This document shows positions 28,326-39,265 of a stretch of 64,000 nucleotides of DNA, in pieces. Made by a program: the position numbers and the translations under genes. The DNA comes from Candidatus Methanoperedenaceae archaeon (lineage in GTDB: Archaea; Halobacteriota; Methanosarcinia; Methanosarcinales; Methanoperedenaceae), in contig CAVWCX010000001.1 of NCBI GenBank assembly GCA_963753595.1, positions 64,001-128,000 of the forward strand, in the 5' to 3' direction. How positions within the stretch are numbered: the stretch's first letter is position 1; every line of letters starts with the position of its first letter. The notes under the pieces were generated by a model. It made no database searches. It was not told the DNA's origin and saw only the letters and a list, made by a program, of their open reading frames with translations.

Positions 28326-31190
28326 ATGAAAGAATGGTATAATCCGCAGGAAATAGATGAAAAATGGCAGCGCAAATGGAGCGATGCCAGGATATTCGAG
28401 CCTGAGCCAGATGATCGTGAAAAGTTTTTCATAACCATCCCATACCCATATTTGAACGGCAATCTCCATGCAGGTCATACAAGGACTTTCACGATCGGCG
28501 ATGTTATTGCGCGGTATAAACGCATGTCAGGATTTAATGTTCTTTTCCCGATGGGTTTTCATGCAACAGGTACGCCAATCGTTGGTCTTGCTGAACAGAT
28601 AGCAAAAAAAGATCCAGAAACCATGAGGGTATATAATCAGCTCCACCAGATACCGCTTGAGGTACTCGATACTATCCAGACGCCTGAGCAAATCGTTGAA
28701 TTCTTCAGTAAAGAAGATGAAGCAGCTATGAAAATAATAGGATTTTCTATTGACTGGCGAAGAAAATTCACAACTACTGACCCGCATTATAAGAAAATGA
28801 TAACCTGGCAGTTCAACCTGCTTCGCAGCAAGAACAAGGTCGTAAAAGGGGCGCATCCGGTCAGATGGTGCCCGCACGATGAAAACCCGGTTGAGGACCA
28901 TGATATCTTAAAAGGCGAAGATGCCACGATCATAGATTATACACTCATTAAATTCAAACTTGACGGGTATATCCTTCCCTGCGCCACGCTACGCCCTGAG
29001 ACCGTATTCGGGGTAACGAACCTGTGGGTCAATCCGAAAATCCTTCATGTGAAGACCAGGGTGAATGAAGAGACCTGGATAATAAGTAAAGAAGCCTATG
29101 ATAAACTCAAATTCACAGATAAGCTGGTGGAACTGATCGGGGAAATCAATGGCGAAGAACTGATAGGTAAGAAAGTCACAAATCCCGTTACAGGTTCCCT
29201 TGTTTTGATATTGCCGGCATCTTTTGTATGCCCGGAAAATGGCAGCGGAATAGTGATGAGCGTTCCGGCGCATGCTCCCTACGATTACCTTGCACTTCAC
29301 GACCTAAAAGGGGCAGATCTGTCAAAATATGCAATTACAGAAGATGTGTCCTCAATCCCTCTCATTTCACTTATAAAAGTGCCGGAATACGGAAAATATC
29401 CTGCTGTGGATGCGGTTTCTGAATTAAAAGTAAAAGATCAGAACGACCCAAAAGCAGAAGAAGCGACAAAACTCGTTTACAGGCGGGAATTCCATGGGGG
29501 AGTCCTGACCGGGTCAACTGGTAAATATGCAGGAATGGCAGTTTCTAAAATCAAAGATATTCTTACTCATGACTTTATTGAACAGGGGATAGCGGATATT
29601 TTCTATGAGTTCAGCGAACAGCCGGTAATATGCAGGTGCGGCGCCACATGTGTTATAAAAATGGTAAAGGACCAGTGGTTCCTTAATTATTCAGACCTTT
29701 CATGGAAAGAACAGGTTTATAAATGCCTTGGAAATATGAAAATAATACCATCTGAATTAAGAGTGGAATTTGAAAATAAGATAGACTGGCTGAAAGATAA
29801 AGCCTGTGCCCGGCGAAAAGGGCTTGGGACGAGGGTTCCATGGGATCCTGAATGGGTGATAGAATCCCTGGGTGATTCAACTATCTATATGGGATATTAT
29901 ATTATTGCAAAATACCTTGATAAATTTGAACCCGAACAATTAAAAGAGGAGTTTTTCAATTATTGCTTCCTTGGTGAAGGGACAGAGCAAAGTGTAGTCT
30001 CAAGTACAGGGATCGATGAAAGCATAATCGATAATATAAGAAAGGATTTCCTTTACTGGTACCCGGTTGACCTTCGCTCTTCAGGTAAAGACCTTATACC
30101 GAACCACCTCTTGTTTTTCCTGTTCCATCATGTAGCAATTTTTCCGGAAATCCACTGGCCGCGTGCTATTGCTGTCAATGGTTTTGTCTCGCTTGAAGGG
30201 CAAAAGATGAGTAAATCCAAAGGGCCTATCCTCACATTGAAATCTGCGGTAAACGAATACGGCGCTGATATCACACGTCTTTATATCCTGAGTACAGCCG
30301 AGCATGTACAGGATGCAGATTGGAGGTCAGCTGATATTGAATCCACGCGAAAACAATTTGAAAGATTCTATAAAATGGCTTTTGATTGCCCGCCAAGTGA
30401 CCAGAATACCGGGGATCGCCAACTGAAGTTCATAGATAAATGGATGCTCAGCAAATTACAATACAGGATAAAAGAAACAACTGATGCCCTGGGTAAAATG
30501 GAGATAAGAAGAGCGGTCCAGAATGCTTTTTATCATATGATCAATGATATGAAATGGTATGAACGGCGTGGAGGTATTGCAGTCAAGGGAGAGGTCATAA
30601 ACGTCTGGATCAGGTTAATGGCGCCATTTACACCTCATACTTGTGAGGAAATCAATGAACGATCCGGAAAGGATTTCATTTCATTGGATAAGTTCCCCGA
30701 AGCGGATATTTCATTAATTGACAGGGGTGCAGAACTCGCAGAAGAAATAACGGGTAATACTCTGCGGGATATTGAAGAAATAATCAGGCTTATCAGGATT
30801 AAACCAAAAAGAGTTATTCTTTATACTGCGGCTTCCTGGAAGAAAAAGGTCCTGGTAAAAGCTATAATTATGAAAAAAGGTAATGTCCTTGAAATGAAAA
30901 CTCTCATGAATGCACTAATGAGCGATCCTTTAATGAGACCGTTTGTAAAAGAGATCCCGAAATTTGCACAAAAGATAATTACTGATGTCCAGGGGATGGA
31001 AATGGAATTGATGAAATCCCTGACAGAGGTAGATTTTGATGAGACGTCCGCATTAAAAGAATCATTGGATTTCCTGAGCCGTTCTGTTGAATGCAGTGTA
31101 GAGATTTTAAATGCAGATGATGCTGGATATGATCCACAGGGAAAAAGCCGCCAGGCAGTTCCTATGAGACCGGCAATATATATTGAATAA
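28326..31190 (+). CDS. leuS: Leucyl-tRNA synthetase, archaeal type
   Basis: PYPYLNGNLHAGH, ATLRPET, GKDLIPNHL, KMSKSKG, A.PMRPAIYIE. Confidence 0.96.
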   Translation: MKEWYNPQEIDEKWQRKWSDARIFEPEPDDREKFFITIPYPYLNGNLHAGHTRTFTIGDVIARYKRMSGFNVLFPMGFHATGTPIVGLAEQIAKKDPETMRVYNQLHQIPLEVLDTIQTPEQIVEFFSKEDEAAMKIIGFSIDWRRKFTTTDPHYKKMITWQFNLLRSKNKVVKGAHPVRWCPHDENPVEDHDILKGEDATIIDYTLIKFKLDGYILPCATLRPETVFGVTNLWVNPKILHVKTRVNEETWIISKEAYDKLKFTDKLVELIGEINGEELIGKKVTNPVTGSLVLILPASFVCPENGSGIVMSVPAHAPYDYLALHDLKGADLSKYAITEDVSSIPLISLIKVPEYGKYPAVDAVSELKVKDQNDPKAEEATKLVYRREFHGGVLTGSTGKYAGMAVSKIKDILTHDFIEQGIADIFYEFSEQPVICRCGATCVIKMVKDQWFLNYSDLSWKEQVYKCLGNMKIIPSELRVEFENKIDWLKDKACARRKGLGTRVPWDPEWVIESLGDSTIYMGYYIIAKYLDKFEPEQLKEEFFNYCFLGEGTEQSVVSSTGIDESIIDNIRKDFLYWYPVDLRSSGKDLIPNHLLFFLFHHVAIFPEIHWPRAIAVNGFVSLEGQKMSKSKGPILTLKSAVNEYGADITRLYILSTAEHVQDADWRSADIESTRKQFERFYKMAFDCPPSDQNTGDRQLKFIDKWMLSKLQYRIKETTDALGKMEIRRAVQNAFYHMINDMKWYERRGGIAVKGEVINVWIRLMAPFTPHTCEEINERSGKDFISLDKFPEADISLIDRGAELAEEITGNTLRDIEEIIRLIRIKPKRVILYTAASWKKKVLVKAIIMKKGNVLEMKTLMNALMSDPLMRPFVKEIPKFAQKIITDVQGMEMELMKSLTEVDFDETSALKESLDFLSRSVECSVEILNADDAGYDPQGKSRQAVPMRPAIYIE

Positions 31191-31280
31191 TGACTATAAT
31201 AGATAATAACTTTCATGATAGTGATTATGATGTGTACGAAAATATATAACTTATAACGTTTGTAGTATTATTGGAGTAAG

Positions 31281-31646
31281 ATGACAACAATAGAAATGCT
31301 TGAAAAGGCCTTGAAGGAGATTAATAATGTCGGAGGGGTCGAAGCATCTGCTGTGGCAAGCAGGGATGGTTTATTGATATGTTCAACAATATCCAAAAAA
31401 CAGCATGCTGAAACATTTGTAGCAATGTCCGCTACAATGGTGGGGGCAGCCGAAACAGCAACTATGGAGCTTGGAAAAGGCCTTCCGGACAGAATTATCG
31501 TGGAGTCCAAAAATGGAAGAATAATTGGGACCGGAGCCGGACCGAAAGCGTTACTATTGGTCATGACCAGGCCGGATGCAGGTCTTGGATTAGTTTTGAT
31601 CGAGATGGCAAAATCTTCAGAAAAGATCAGGGAGATCCTGGGTTAA
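31281..31646 (+). CDS. Roadblock/LC7 (MglB-like) protein
   Basis: GVEASAVASRDGL, AMSATMVGAAE, LGLVL.EM. Confidence 0.9.
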   Translation: MTTIEMLEKALKEINNVGGVEASAVASRDGLLICSTISKKQHAETFVAMSATMVGAAETATMELGKGLPDRIIVESKNGRIIGTGAGPKALLLVMTRPDAGLGLVLIEMAKSSEKIREILG

Positions 31647-31661
31647 TATTCGAGGAATAAA

Positions 31662-33104
31662 ATGAAAAAGGTAATGACGGGGATAAAAGGTCTGGATGAT
31701 ATTCTGGGAGGAGGTTTCCTGCGGCCATCAATTGTATTGATATCCGGCACGGCCGGGACTGGAAAAACAACACTGGCAATGCAATCAATTTTTAACTCGG
31801 CAAAAAAAGAGGAAATCTGCATGTATATAACTGCACTTTCCGAGCCAATTGCCATGATCAATAACTTCATGTCACAATTCTCTTTCTATAACATTTCGCT
31901 TCTTGGAAAAGGCAATGTCAAGTATGTGCCTATCGATATCGATATCATTCATAAGGGTTCTGAAGCGATCATTAAGGAAATGGAACGCAATATTGAAATA
32001 ATCAAACCTGACAGGATCGTCATTGACCCTGTGAATGTATTTGCTTATGGATTGGATAGTGAATCACAGCGGCAGTTTTACTATGATTTTTTTACCAGCA
32101 TGAAAGGATGGAATTCTCTTGTCATATTAACGGGAGAATTTACAGGGGAAGAGCTTATCAAGAGTACGCTTGGTTATATGGTCGATGCTATAATCCAGAT
32201 CAGCAATGAACCATTTTATGAGAAAAATATCAGATACCTGAATGTTCTCAAAATGAGGGGACAGGAAATCCAGGGGGGTAAACATTCCTGCAAGATCACT
32301 AAAGATGGATTCACAGTTTTCCCCAGAATACAGGCAACAGCCAGGAAATCTGTTTTCAATGAACGGATATCAACCGGTGTAAAGGGACTGGATAAAATGA
32401 CTGGCGGAGGCTTCTTACGTGGTTCTTCAATATTGATCTCAGGGTCAAGCGGAACAGGGAAGACAATACTTGGAATGCAATTCATCATGGATGGCCTCTT
32501 AAAAAATGAACCTGGTATAATAGTCTCTTTTGAAGAGGACATGGAGCAGATCCGTGAAAATTCTAAAATGTTCAATTGGAACCTGGAGGAATTTGAAAAT
32601 AAAAACCTCTTAAAAATGATATCTCCTCTTGAATATGATGCATATGAACTGGCGCTCCAGATCGGTGAGACAATTGACACTATAAAACCTAAACGTCTAT
32701 TGCTGGATGGCACAGGAAGGCTGCAGAGAATGTTGCCCCAATATGCACAACTACCCGAATATATGGGGACGATCAGTAACATCTTAAAGAATAAGAATGT
32801 GACGGCAGTCTATACGAATGAGACCTCTAACCTGACAGGGGCAACACAGATCACAGGGATGGGCATCTCCCCATTTTTGGATACGGTCATTCTGCTCAGG
32901 TATGTAGAGATAAAAAGCGAGATGCGAAAAGCCATATCAGTACTTAAGATGAGGGGAAGCGACCATGACAAGGAGATAAGGGAAATCGTTATTAACAAAA
33001 ATGGGGCTGAAATCAAGCTACCTTTCAGTGAATACTCTGGATTATTATCAGGCAATCCTGTAAAGACGCCATCCCAGGCTTTTGTGGAAGCATTTAAGAA
33101 ATAA
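31662..33104 (+). CDS. KaiC-like double RecA-domain ATPase
   Basis: Two Walker A motifs (GTAGTGKT, GSSGTGKT), two KMRG motifs, SFEE, ISPFLDTVILLRYVE. Confidence 0.92.
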   Translation: MKKVMTGIKGLDDILGGGFLRPSIVLISGTAGTGKTTLAMQSIFNSAKKEEICMYITALSEPIAMINNFMSQFSFYNISLLGKGNVKYVPIDIDIIHKGSEAIIKEMERNIEIIKPDRIVIDPVNVFAYGLDSESQRQFYYDFFTSMKGWNSLVILTGEFTGEELIKSTLGYMVDAIIQISNEPFYEKNIRYLNVLKMRGQEIQGGKHSCKITKDGFTVFPRIQATARKSVFNERISTGVKGLDKMTGGGFLRGSSILISGSSGTGKTILGMQFIMDGLLKNEPGIIVSFEEDMEQIRENSKMFNWNLEEFENKNLLKMISPLEYDAYELALQIGETIDTIKPKRLLLDGTGRLQRMLPQYAQLPEYMGTISNILKNKNVTAVYTNETSNLTGATQITGMGISPFLDTVILLRYVEIKSEMRKAISVLKMRGSDHDKEIREIVINKNGAEIKLPFSEYSGLLSGNPVKTPSQAFVEAFKK

Positions 33105-33108
33105 CCTT

Positions 33109-33390
33109 ATGATTGAAATATCACTTGCCCAAATCATTAAAATTTATTCATGGATCATTGCGAGTTTTATCATGATTTTCATAGCTGCAATAGCCATGTT
33201 TTATCAAAAAAAATTTGGAGTGAAGACTTTTTATTATTTTTATTTTGTTCCGATAATATTCCTTTTTGCTGCAATTATTAATTTGTATTCATTTAATACC
33301 CCTGAAAGTGAATATGTGGAATTTATCGGGGTATTCATCTCTTTTATAGCTACTTATTATCTGTACAGAATAATGGTGGGAGTAAAATGA
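33109..33390 (+). CDS. Small 3-TM membrane protein
   Basis: Hydrophobic, FYQKKFG..TFY motif; coupled to its neighbours. Confidence 0.75.
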   Translation: MIEISLAQIIKIYSWIIASFIMIFIAAIAMFYQKKFGVKTFYYFYFVPIIFLFAAIINLYSFNTPESEYVEFIGVFISFIATYYLYRIMVGVK

Positions 33391-33686
33391 CAGAAAATTT
33401 GGAAATTCTTGATGTTGCTGCTTTTTTTTTAGTGGCTCTTATACTATATTTTCTGAGCGTCATGAGCAAACGACTGGGGGAGGTCATGGGACTGAAAAAG
33501 TATTATTATCTATATTATATTGGAATATTTTTCATATTATTTGCTTCTATCATAACGATTTTATCTGCAGGCATAGAAGATGCAGATTTTTTTGGATATG
33601 TCTTTTTTTCAATCGGAATTACTCTGGGTCTTATTGCATCGATCAGATACTGGGGCTGGTTAATTATAGAATTATTTAGAGGATAA
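33387..33686 (+). CDS. Small 3-TM membrane protein
   Basis: SKRLGEV, RYWGWL; ATGA overlap. Confidence 0.75.
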   Translation: MTENLEILDVAAFFLVALILYFLSVMSKRLGEVMGLKKYYYLYYIGIFFILFASIITILSAGIEDADFFGYVFFSIGITLGLIASIRYWGWLIIELFRG

Positions 33687-33691
33687 TTGTA

Positions 33692-34600
33692 ATGAAATAT
33701 GTATATTTAATGTTATTATTATTTATATTATTAATATCGGGTTGTGTTGATAAAACTGAAAAAATTGACCTTAGTGTGATCCAGGAGACTGAAACCATAA
33801 AGAATTCTTCGATCAATGTGGCGATCGCTTCGGTTGTTTCCCCGAAAGAATCTTACGAATATTATGGGGAAATGATCCAATATGTTTCGCGAAAACTTGG
33901 TGGTGAAGTAAAAATAATCCAGAGAAGAAGTTACCAGGAAGTAAATGAACTTATTAAAAACAATGAAATTGACTTTGCTTTTGTCTGCAGCGGGGCATAC
34001 ATTGACGGCAATTCGGAATTCGGTATGAAAATTCTCGTTGCACCAGTAGTACATGGTAAATCGACATATAATTCTTATATAATAGTGCATAAAAATAGCA
34101 ATTATACCAGTTTGAATGATCTGCGTGGTAAGAAATTTGCTTTTTCAGACCCATTATCAAATACGGGGAAACTTTACCCAACCTACAGGCTTTACCTTAT
34201 GAATGAAACCCCGGAATCTTTCTTCGGGATCGATGAACAGGGAAGGAATAATTCATTTTATACTTACAGCCATGATAATTCCATAATTGCGGTAGCTGAA
34301 CAAATAGCAGAAGGTGCGGCAGTTGACAGCCTCGTATATGAGGATATGAAAGAACTCCAACCTGAAATAATCTCAAAAACCAGGATCATTGAAACGTCAC
34401 CGCCATTTGGTATCCCCCCGGTCGTAGTTTCAAAAAATATAGACCCTTTTTTAGACGAAAGACTCATGAATATTTTCCTGAAAATGGATAAGGATGAAGA
34501 GGGAAAAAAAATACTTTCAAAAGTCAAGATCGACAGGTTCGTTTATCTTCAAGACAATGCTTATGATTCGATCCGGGAAATGAGGAAACAAATTAAATGA
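33692..34600 (+). CDS. PhnD-like substrate-binding lipoprotein
   Basis: Lipobox ISGC, DFAFVCSG, Y.SYIIV, LRGKKFAFSDPLSNTG, SHDNSI, AAVDS. Confidence 0.85.
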   Translation: MKYVYLMLLLFILLISGCVDKTEKIDLSVIQETETIKNSSINVAIASVVSPKESYEYYGEMIQYVSRKLGGEVKIIQRRSYQEVNELIKNNEIDFAFVCSGAYIDGNSEFGMKILVAPVVHGKSTYNSYIIVHKNSNYTSLNDLRGKKFAFSDPLSNTGKLYPTYRLYLMNETPESFFGIDEQGRNNSFYTYSHDNSIIAVAEQIAEGAAVDSLVYEDMKELQPEIISKTRIIETSPPFGIPPVVVSKNIDPFLDERLMNIFLKMDKDEEGKKILSKVKIDRFVYLQDNAYDSIREMRKQIK

Positions 34601-37257
34601 CCAGCCTGCGAGGTCGTATAATTGTCTCAATGCTGGCGATCATATTTTTGATATTATCCGGTTCATATTTTGTAATCCAGGATATAGAAACTGGAATTAT
34701 AGAAGGGCAATTCAGAAATGAAGGGTTCTTATTAGCAAATAATCTTGCTTCCGAAATCACAAACGATTTTTTGGTAAATGATCTGGTTGAAATCAGGAAA
34801 TCAGTTGATAATGCAAAGAATAATTATCCTGAGATCGAATATATATTTGTGACTGATTCGGAGGGAATCGTGCTTGTTCATACGTTTGAAAACGGATTCC
34901 CAAAAGCCCTGTTAGATTTTGCCAAACCTGAAAATGTCCGCAAAGAAGAGATCTTAGAAACTGAAAAGGGAACTATTCACGAATTTGATGCACCGCTTTT
35001 TAAAAATGTTGGGTATGTACACATAGGATTATCAGAAAACAAAGTAAGAGCACAAATACTTGATGCATCACGAAAAATTCTGTTTTTGGCTATTTGCGCC
35101 GTGTTACTTGGCGGAATTTTTATTTATTATATAGGAAAACGATTGACAGAGCCCATATTAAGACTTAATGAAGGGGCAAAAAGAATAAACCAGGGTATTC
35201 TTGACCAGAAGATAGAGGTAGGTTCGAATGATGAAATGGGGGAACTTGCACGTACATTTAATGATATGTCTTCAACTCTTGATCAACAAATCAAGGAACT
35301 CATTGCCTCAAAAGAAAAAACAGAAGATGCAGAGAAATACCTGGAAACATTGTTCAACAGTATTGAAGATGGAATTATTGTCATGAACATCAATCATGAG
35401 ATCATTAAAATGAACCGGTCTTTCTTGAATATAACAGGAATGAGTGAAAAAGAGGTGATGGGAAAAACATGCCATGAATTGATTTTCCAGGCTTTACCTT
35501 CACAAAAACAAAAAGAAGAGTGCCCTGTCAATATAGTATTGCAAACAAGAAAGCCAATACGATTTTTACATGAGATTCTTTTTGATACAGGAACGAAAAT
35601 CCTGGATATAAATTCCTCACTGTTCCTGGATAAAAAGGGAAATCCAAATATTATAATGGTAATAAGGGACGTAACACAGTATAAAACTCTTGAAAATGAA
35701 ATAATAATTCGAAATCGTGAACTCACTGTTCTTAATGAAATTTCAAACAATATCAGCGAAGCGTTCGATATTGATAGGATAGTATCAAAATCACTTGAGA
35801 ATATCTTGAAATTAACAAATATGGAATATGGGGAAACCTATCTTATTGACGACAAAAACGGGAAATTTATCCTGATAAATCATCTGGGTGAAAAATGTCC
35901 TGATACTTTTGAACTCAAGACTGTAAATGAAGTACTGATCGTTGAAGGCAGTAAAAATACTGTACCGACAAAGAATGATTGCTATTCTTATGCAGTTATT
36001 CCACTAAAATCAAAAGAAAAAGTTTTAGGGATAATTAAGATCAGCAGCAGAAAAAGTCATATTTTTTCAGGGAGAGACAAAGAACTTTTCTCGGCTATAG
36101 GAAACCAGATAGGTGTGGCTATAGAGAACATCAGTTTCTATGATAATATAAAATCTCTCAAGGAATTTAACGATGAAATCCTGAACAATATAAACCTTGC
36201 ATTAAATGTTGTTGATAGGGATTTGAGGATACTTGCCGTAAATGATGAATTAATAAAACTTGGCAGGGGCAGGATAAAAAGGGAAGAGATCATAAATAAA
36301 AAACTGTACGATGTTTTTCCATTCCTTATGGAAAAACATGTGGATATGGAATATGATCATGTTATTAAAACCGGAGAAATTTTCCAAAGTGAGGAAAAAA
36401 TTCAATATTATGATGAAATAATTTATACAAGTACCAGCAAAATCCCTGTCAAGGACAAGAATGGATTTGTTGAAAAGATCATAACAGTAATTAAGGATGT
36501 ATCTGAACAGAAAAAACTTGAAGAAGACCTTAAAGACTCTTATGAAGAGCTTAAATTGACATATTCAAAACTTCAGGAACTGTATAAGGTCAAAGATAAT
36601 TTCCTTTCAAGTATCTCTCATGAACTCAGAACTCCGCTTACATCTGTTATCGGATACACTGAATTAATGCTGGACGAGGATTTGACGCAAAACCAACGTC
36701 ATAAAATCGAAATAATTTTCAGGAATTCAAAAAGATTATACAGGTTGATAAGAGGGCTTCTTGATACGCAGATAATCGAATCAAGCAATCTCCAACTCAC
36801 AAAAGAGCTGGTAGTGATCAATAAACTTATCACTGCTGTGGTAGAAGATATGAAGAATTTTGCGGTTACTAAGAATATACCTATAACCATTGATTTTCCT
36901 GATATCCTGGTCGTTGAAGGGGATAACGAAAGGTTGATAGAGGTATTTTCAAATATTGTGGAAAATGCTATTAAATTTTCAATAACAGGTGAGATTATTA
37001 TTAAAGGAGAAATGGATAATGATAATGTCCATATCGCGATCAGTGACGACGGTATCGGCATAGCTCAGGATAATCTGGAAAAGATATTTGACAGGTTTTA
37101 CCAGGTGGATTCATCAAACAAACGAAAATTCGGCGGTACAGGATTGGGTTTATGGCTATCAAGGAAAATTGTAGAAGCGCATGGCGGCAGAATATGGGCG
37201 GAAAGTAAAAATAGGGGGAGTACCTTTCATATTTTATTGCCAAAACCGGTGAAATAA
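34597..37257 (+). CDS. Membrane sensor histidine kinase (HAMP-PAS-GAF-PAS-HisKA-HATPase)
   Basis: DEMGELARTFN, GKTCHE, SHELRTPL, NAIKF, DDGIG, GGTGLGL. Confidence 0.93.
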   Translation: MTSLRGRIIVSMLAIIFLILSGSYFVIQDIETGIIEGQFRNEGFLLANNLASEITNDFLVNDLVEIRKSVDNAKNNYPEIEYIFVTDSEGIVLVHTFENGFPKALLDFAKPENVRKEEILETEKGTIHEFDAPLFKNVGYVHIGLSENKVRAQILDASRKILFLAICAVLLGGIFIYYIGKRLTEPILRLNEGAKRINQGILDQKIEVGSNDEMGELARTFNDMSSTLDQQIKELIASKEKTEDAEKYLETLFNSIEDGIIVMNINHEIIKMNRSFLNITGMSEKEVMGKTCHELIFQALPSQKQKEECPVNIVLQTRKPIRFLHEILFDTGTKILDINSSLFLDKKGNPNIIMVIRDVTQYKTLENEIIIRNRELTVLNEISNNISEAFDIDRIVSKSLENILKLTNMEYGETYLIDDKNGKFILINHLGEKCPDTFELKTVNEVLIVEGSKNTVPTKNDCYSYAVIPLKSKEKVLGIIKISSRKSHIFSGRDKELFSAIGNQIGVAIENISFYDNIKSLKEFNDEILNNINLALNVVDRDLRILAVNDELIKLGRGRIKREEIINKKLYDVFPFLMEKHVDMEYDHVIKTGEIFQSEEKIQYYDEIIYTSTSKIPVKDKNGFVEKIITVIKDVSEQKKLEEDLKDSYEELKLTYSKLQELYKVKDNFLSSISHELRTPLTSVIGYTELMLDEDLTQNQRHKIEIIFRNSKRLYRLIRGLLDTQIIESSNLQLTKELVVINKLITAVVEDMKNFAVTKNIPITIDFPDILVVEGDNERLIEVFSNIVENAIKFSITGEIIIKGEMDNDNVHIAISDDGIGIAQDNLEKIFDRFYQVDSSNKRKFGGTGLGLWLSRKIVEAHGGRIWAESKNRGSTFHILLPKPVK

Positions 37258-37667
37258 TGAGTACGGATAATTCAACAAAAAAAGTTCTGGTAGTGGATGA
37301 TGAACCTGATACGCTCGAACTTGTCAAGCTGGTACTTGAGAGCGGGGGATTTGAAGCTGTGCTTGCAAATAACGGAAAAGAAGCCCTGGCTCAAATAGCT
37401 ACCGTGAAGCTCGATCTTGTTCTTCTTGACATCATGATGCCGGACATGGATGGCTGGGATGTTTTCAGGAAAATGAAAGAAAAGGATCCGGGTATTCCTA
37501 TCGCTATTTTGACAGCAAAAGCGCAAAATATCGATAAATTACTCGGGTTGCACGTTTTAAAAGCTGACGATTATATAACTAAACCATTCGGGAAAAATGA
37601 ATTGATCGGCAAAGTGAAGAAATTGACAGGATCAAAGGATAAAAAACAAATAACGACCATAAATTAA
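37257..37667 (+). CDS. Stand-alone response regulator receiver
   Basis: VVDDE, LLDIMMPDMDG, LTAK, DYITKPF. Confidence 0.93.
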   Translation: MSTDNSTKKVLVVDDEPDTLELVKLVLESGGFEAVLANNGKEALAQIATVKLDLVLLDIMMPDMDGWDVFRKMKEKDPGIPIAILTAKAQNIDKLLGLHVLKADDYITKPFGKNELIGKVKKLTGSKDKKQITTIN

Positions 37668-37697
37668 AATATTATTCAAAACAATGGAGAGAATATC

Positions 37698-38297
37698 ATG
37701 CAAGTACAAAAAATTGTAATTCCCTTTTATACACAGGAAAGATGGCAGAACTGGATAATACAGGTCAAAGAAAGCGGTTTTAAGATCGATGACCAGCAAA
37801 AAGGAGCGATTTTTGTTAATATGGAAGATGATGTTGTCCTTGCATGCCTTAAAATCATTGCAAAATTTGATAAGAACCTGATCACAAAAGAAGATTCACT
37901 GGGACAAATTCAGGAGATAAAGGAAATAGTCCTGAAACAGGTTGAGCCCATTTCAGAAGATATTGATATGATGATCGAATCCACCCAATTATCGCTAATG
38001 GGTGTTTTTGCTTCATGTGAATGTTACGTAGAGAAAGCTTTTGAAAAAACAAAATCGCTTAAGCCTTTGATCAAAAAAGCAATAGAAGCCGAGAAAGAAG
38101 AGAATATGGGGGCAGTCCTTGGAAATATTGCCGAGATCGGCGCAAATATCCTTGCCGGCGGAAAAGTAAAAGATAAGGATCTTGAGGATATTCCTGACGG
38201 GCTTGTAGCTGAATGGCTTGATGGGATAGATTCACTCCGGGCAGCCATGATCGGGGATACAAGCTATCGTGATGATGAACCCGATGAAGGCAAATGA
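37698..38297 (+). CDS. DUF2150-family protein
   Basis: FYTQERWQNW, MEDDV.LAC.K, EWLDG.DS. Confidence 0.8.
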   Translation: MQVQKIVIPFYTQERWQNWIIQVKESGFKIDDQQKGAIFVNMEDDVVLACLKIIAKFDKNLITKEDSLGQIQEIKEIVLKQVEPISEDIDMMIESTQLSLMGVFASCECYVEKAFEKTKSLKPLIKKAIEAEKEENMGAVLGNIAEIGANILAGGKVKDKDLEDIPDGLVAEWLDGIDSLRAAMIGDTSYRDDEPDEGK

Positions 38298-38304
38298 AAT
38301 TTAG

Positions 38305-39234
38305 ATGCTGATCCACAAAATCCTGGGCCTTCCTGAAAATGAGAATGTCTGTTTTGTTGAAGAAAGCTTTGCTTCTTTAAAAAACAATACGCTTACACTT
38401 GCGTATCTTGAAAATATCAGGAAAGACCCGGACGCCATGGTAACAGGGATAAAAGATGAAACTGATAACATTATCGGCCTGGTCCTTATTAATCCTGAAT
38501 CCGAAGAATCTGAATCATTCCATGCAATTTTTACCAACATAATATCATCAGGACCGATCCCAAATAATAGCAGCAGGATTTTTTCCGGGATTGTCAAAGA
38601 TATGAAGCTGCAAAATTCATATAATACAACAATACGGGAATTTAATGAAGCGGTAATTGAATATTTTTCTGTTGAACTTGTTAACAGGCATTTATGTGAA
38701 AATTGCCATGTAAATAAAGAACCCTATAATATGGTTTATATTGAAAGCAGGAATGCCAGGTTGAACGGAATTCTTGACCGATATAAACTCCAGGGCAGGA
38801 TACTGGAAATTTGCTGCGGGAACGGGATGTCCACCCTGCCGCTCCATAATAGGGGATATGATCCCATTTCTATTGATTATGATAAATGCCAGATATGCCA
38901 GGGACTTGAACACGGTGTGCTTGACCCGAAAAGGACAATAGTTATTGATGCCACCAGGCTTTGTGAATTCTTCAATGAGAATAGTTTTGATACAATAGTG
39001 GGCTTTATGCTTGGAACGATATATCCATTCAATAAAAGCGTATGGGAAAAAATGATGGCTGAATCAATGAAGCTTCTTAAGCCTGAAGGAATGATCCTGT
39101 TGACAGTAAATAAGAAAGAAGAGATCGAGATATTGAAAAACGCACTTGAAATAAATGGGATCCATGGGCAATTAATTGATAATACCGATGGCAAAGGCAT
39201 TTACGACCAGTGGGTATATGCAGGAACTAAATAA
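38305..39234 (+). CDS. Class I SAM-dependent methyltransferase-like protein
   Basis: ILEICCGNG motif I, IDAT, FDT.VGFMLG. Confidence 0.75.
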   Translation: MLIHKILGLPENENVCFVEESFASLKNNTLTLAYLENIRKDPDAMVTGIKDETDNIIGLVLINPESEESESFHAIFTNIISSGPIPNNSSRIFSGIVKDMKLQNSYNTTIREFNEAVIEYFSVELVNRHLCENCHVNKEPYNMVYIESRNARLNGILDRYKLQGRILEICCGNGMSTLPLHNRGYDPISIDYDKCQICQGLEHGVLDPKRTIVIDATRLCEFFNENSFDTIVGFMLGTIYPFNKSVWEKMMAESMKLLKPEGMILLTVNKKEEIEILKNALEINGIHGQLIDNTDGKGIYDQWVYAGTK

Positions 39235-39265
39235 TATAATATAAATTGTAATAAAGGATAACAGG

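Noticed and set aside
31662-33104. Circadian clock
   Set aside because: No kaiA/kaiB, and the ST phospho-pair is incomplete
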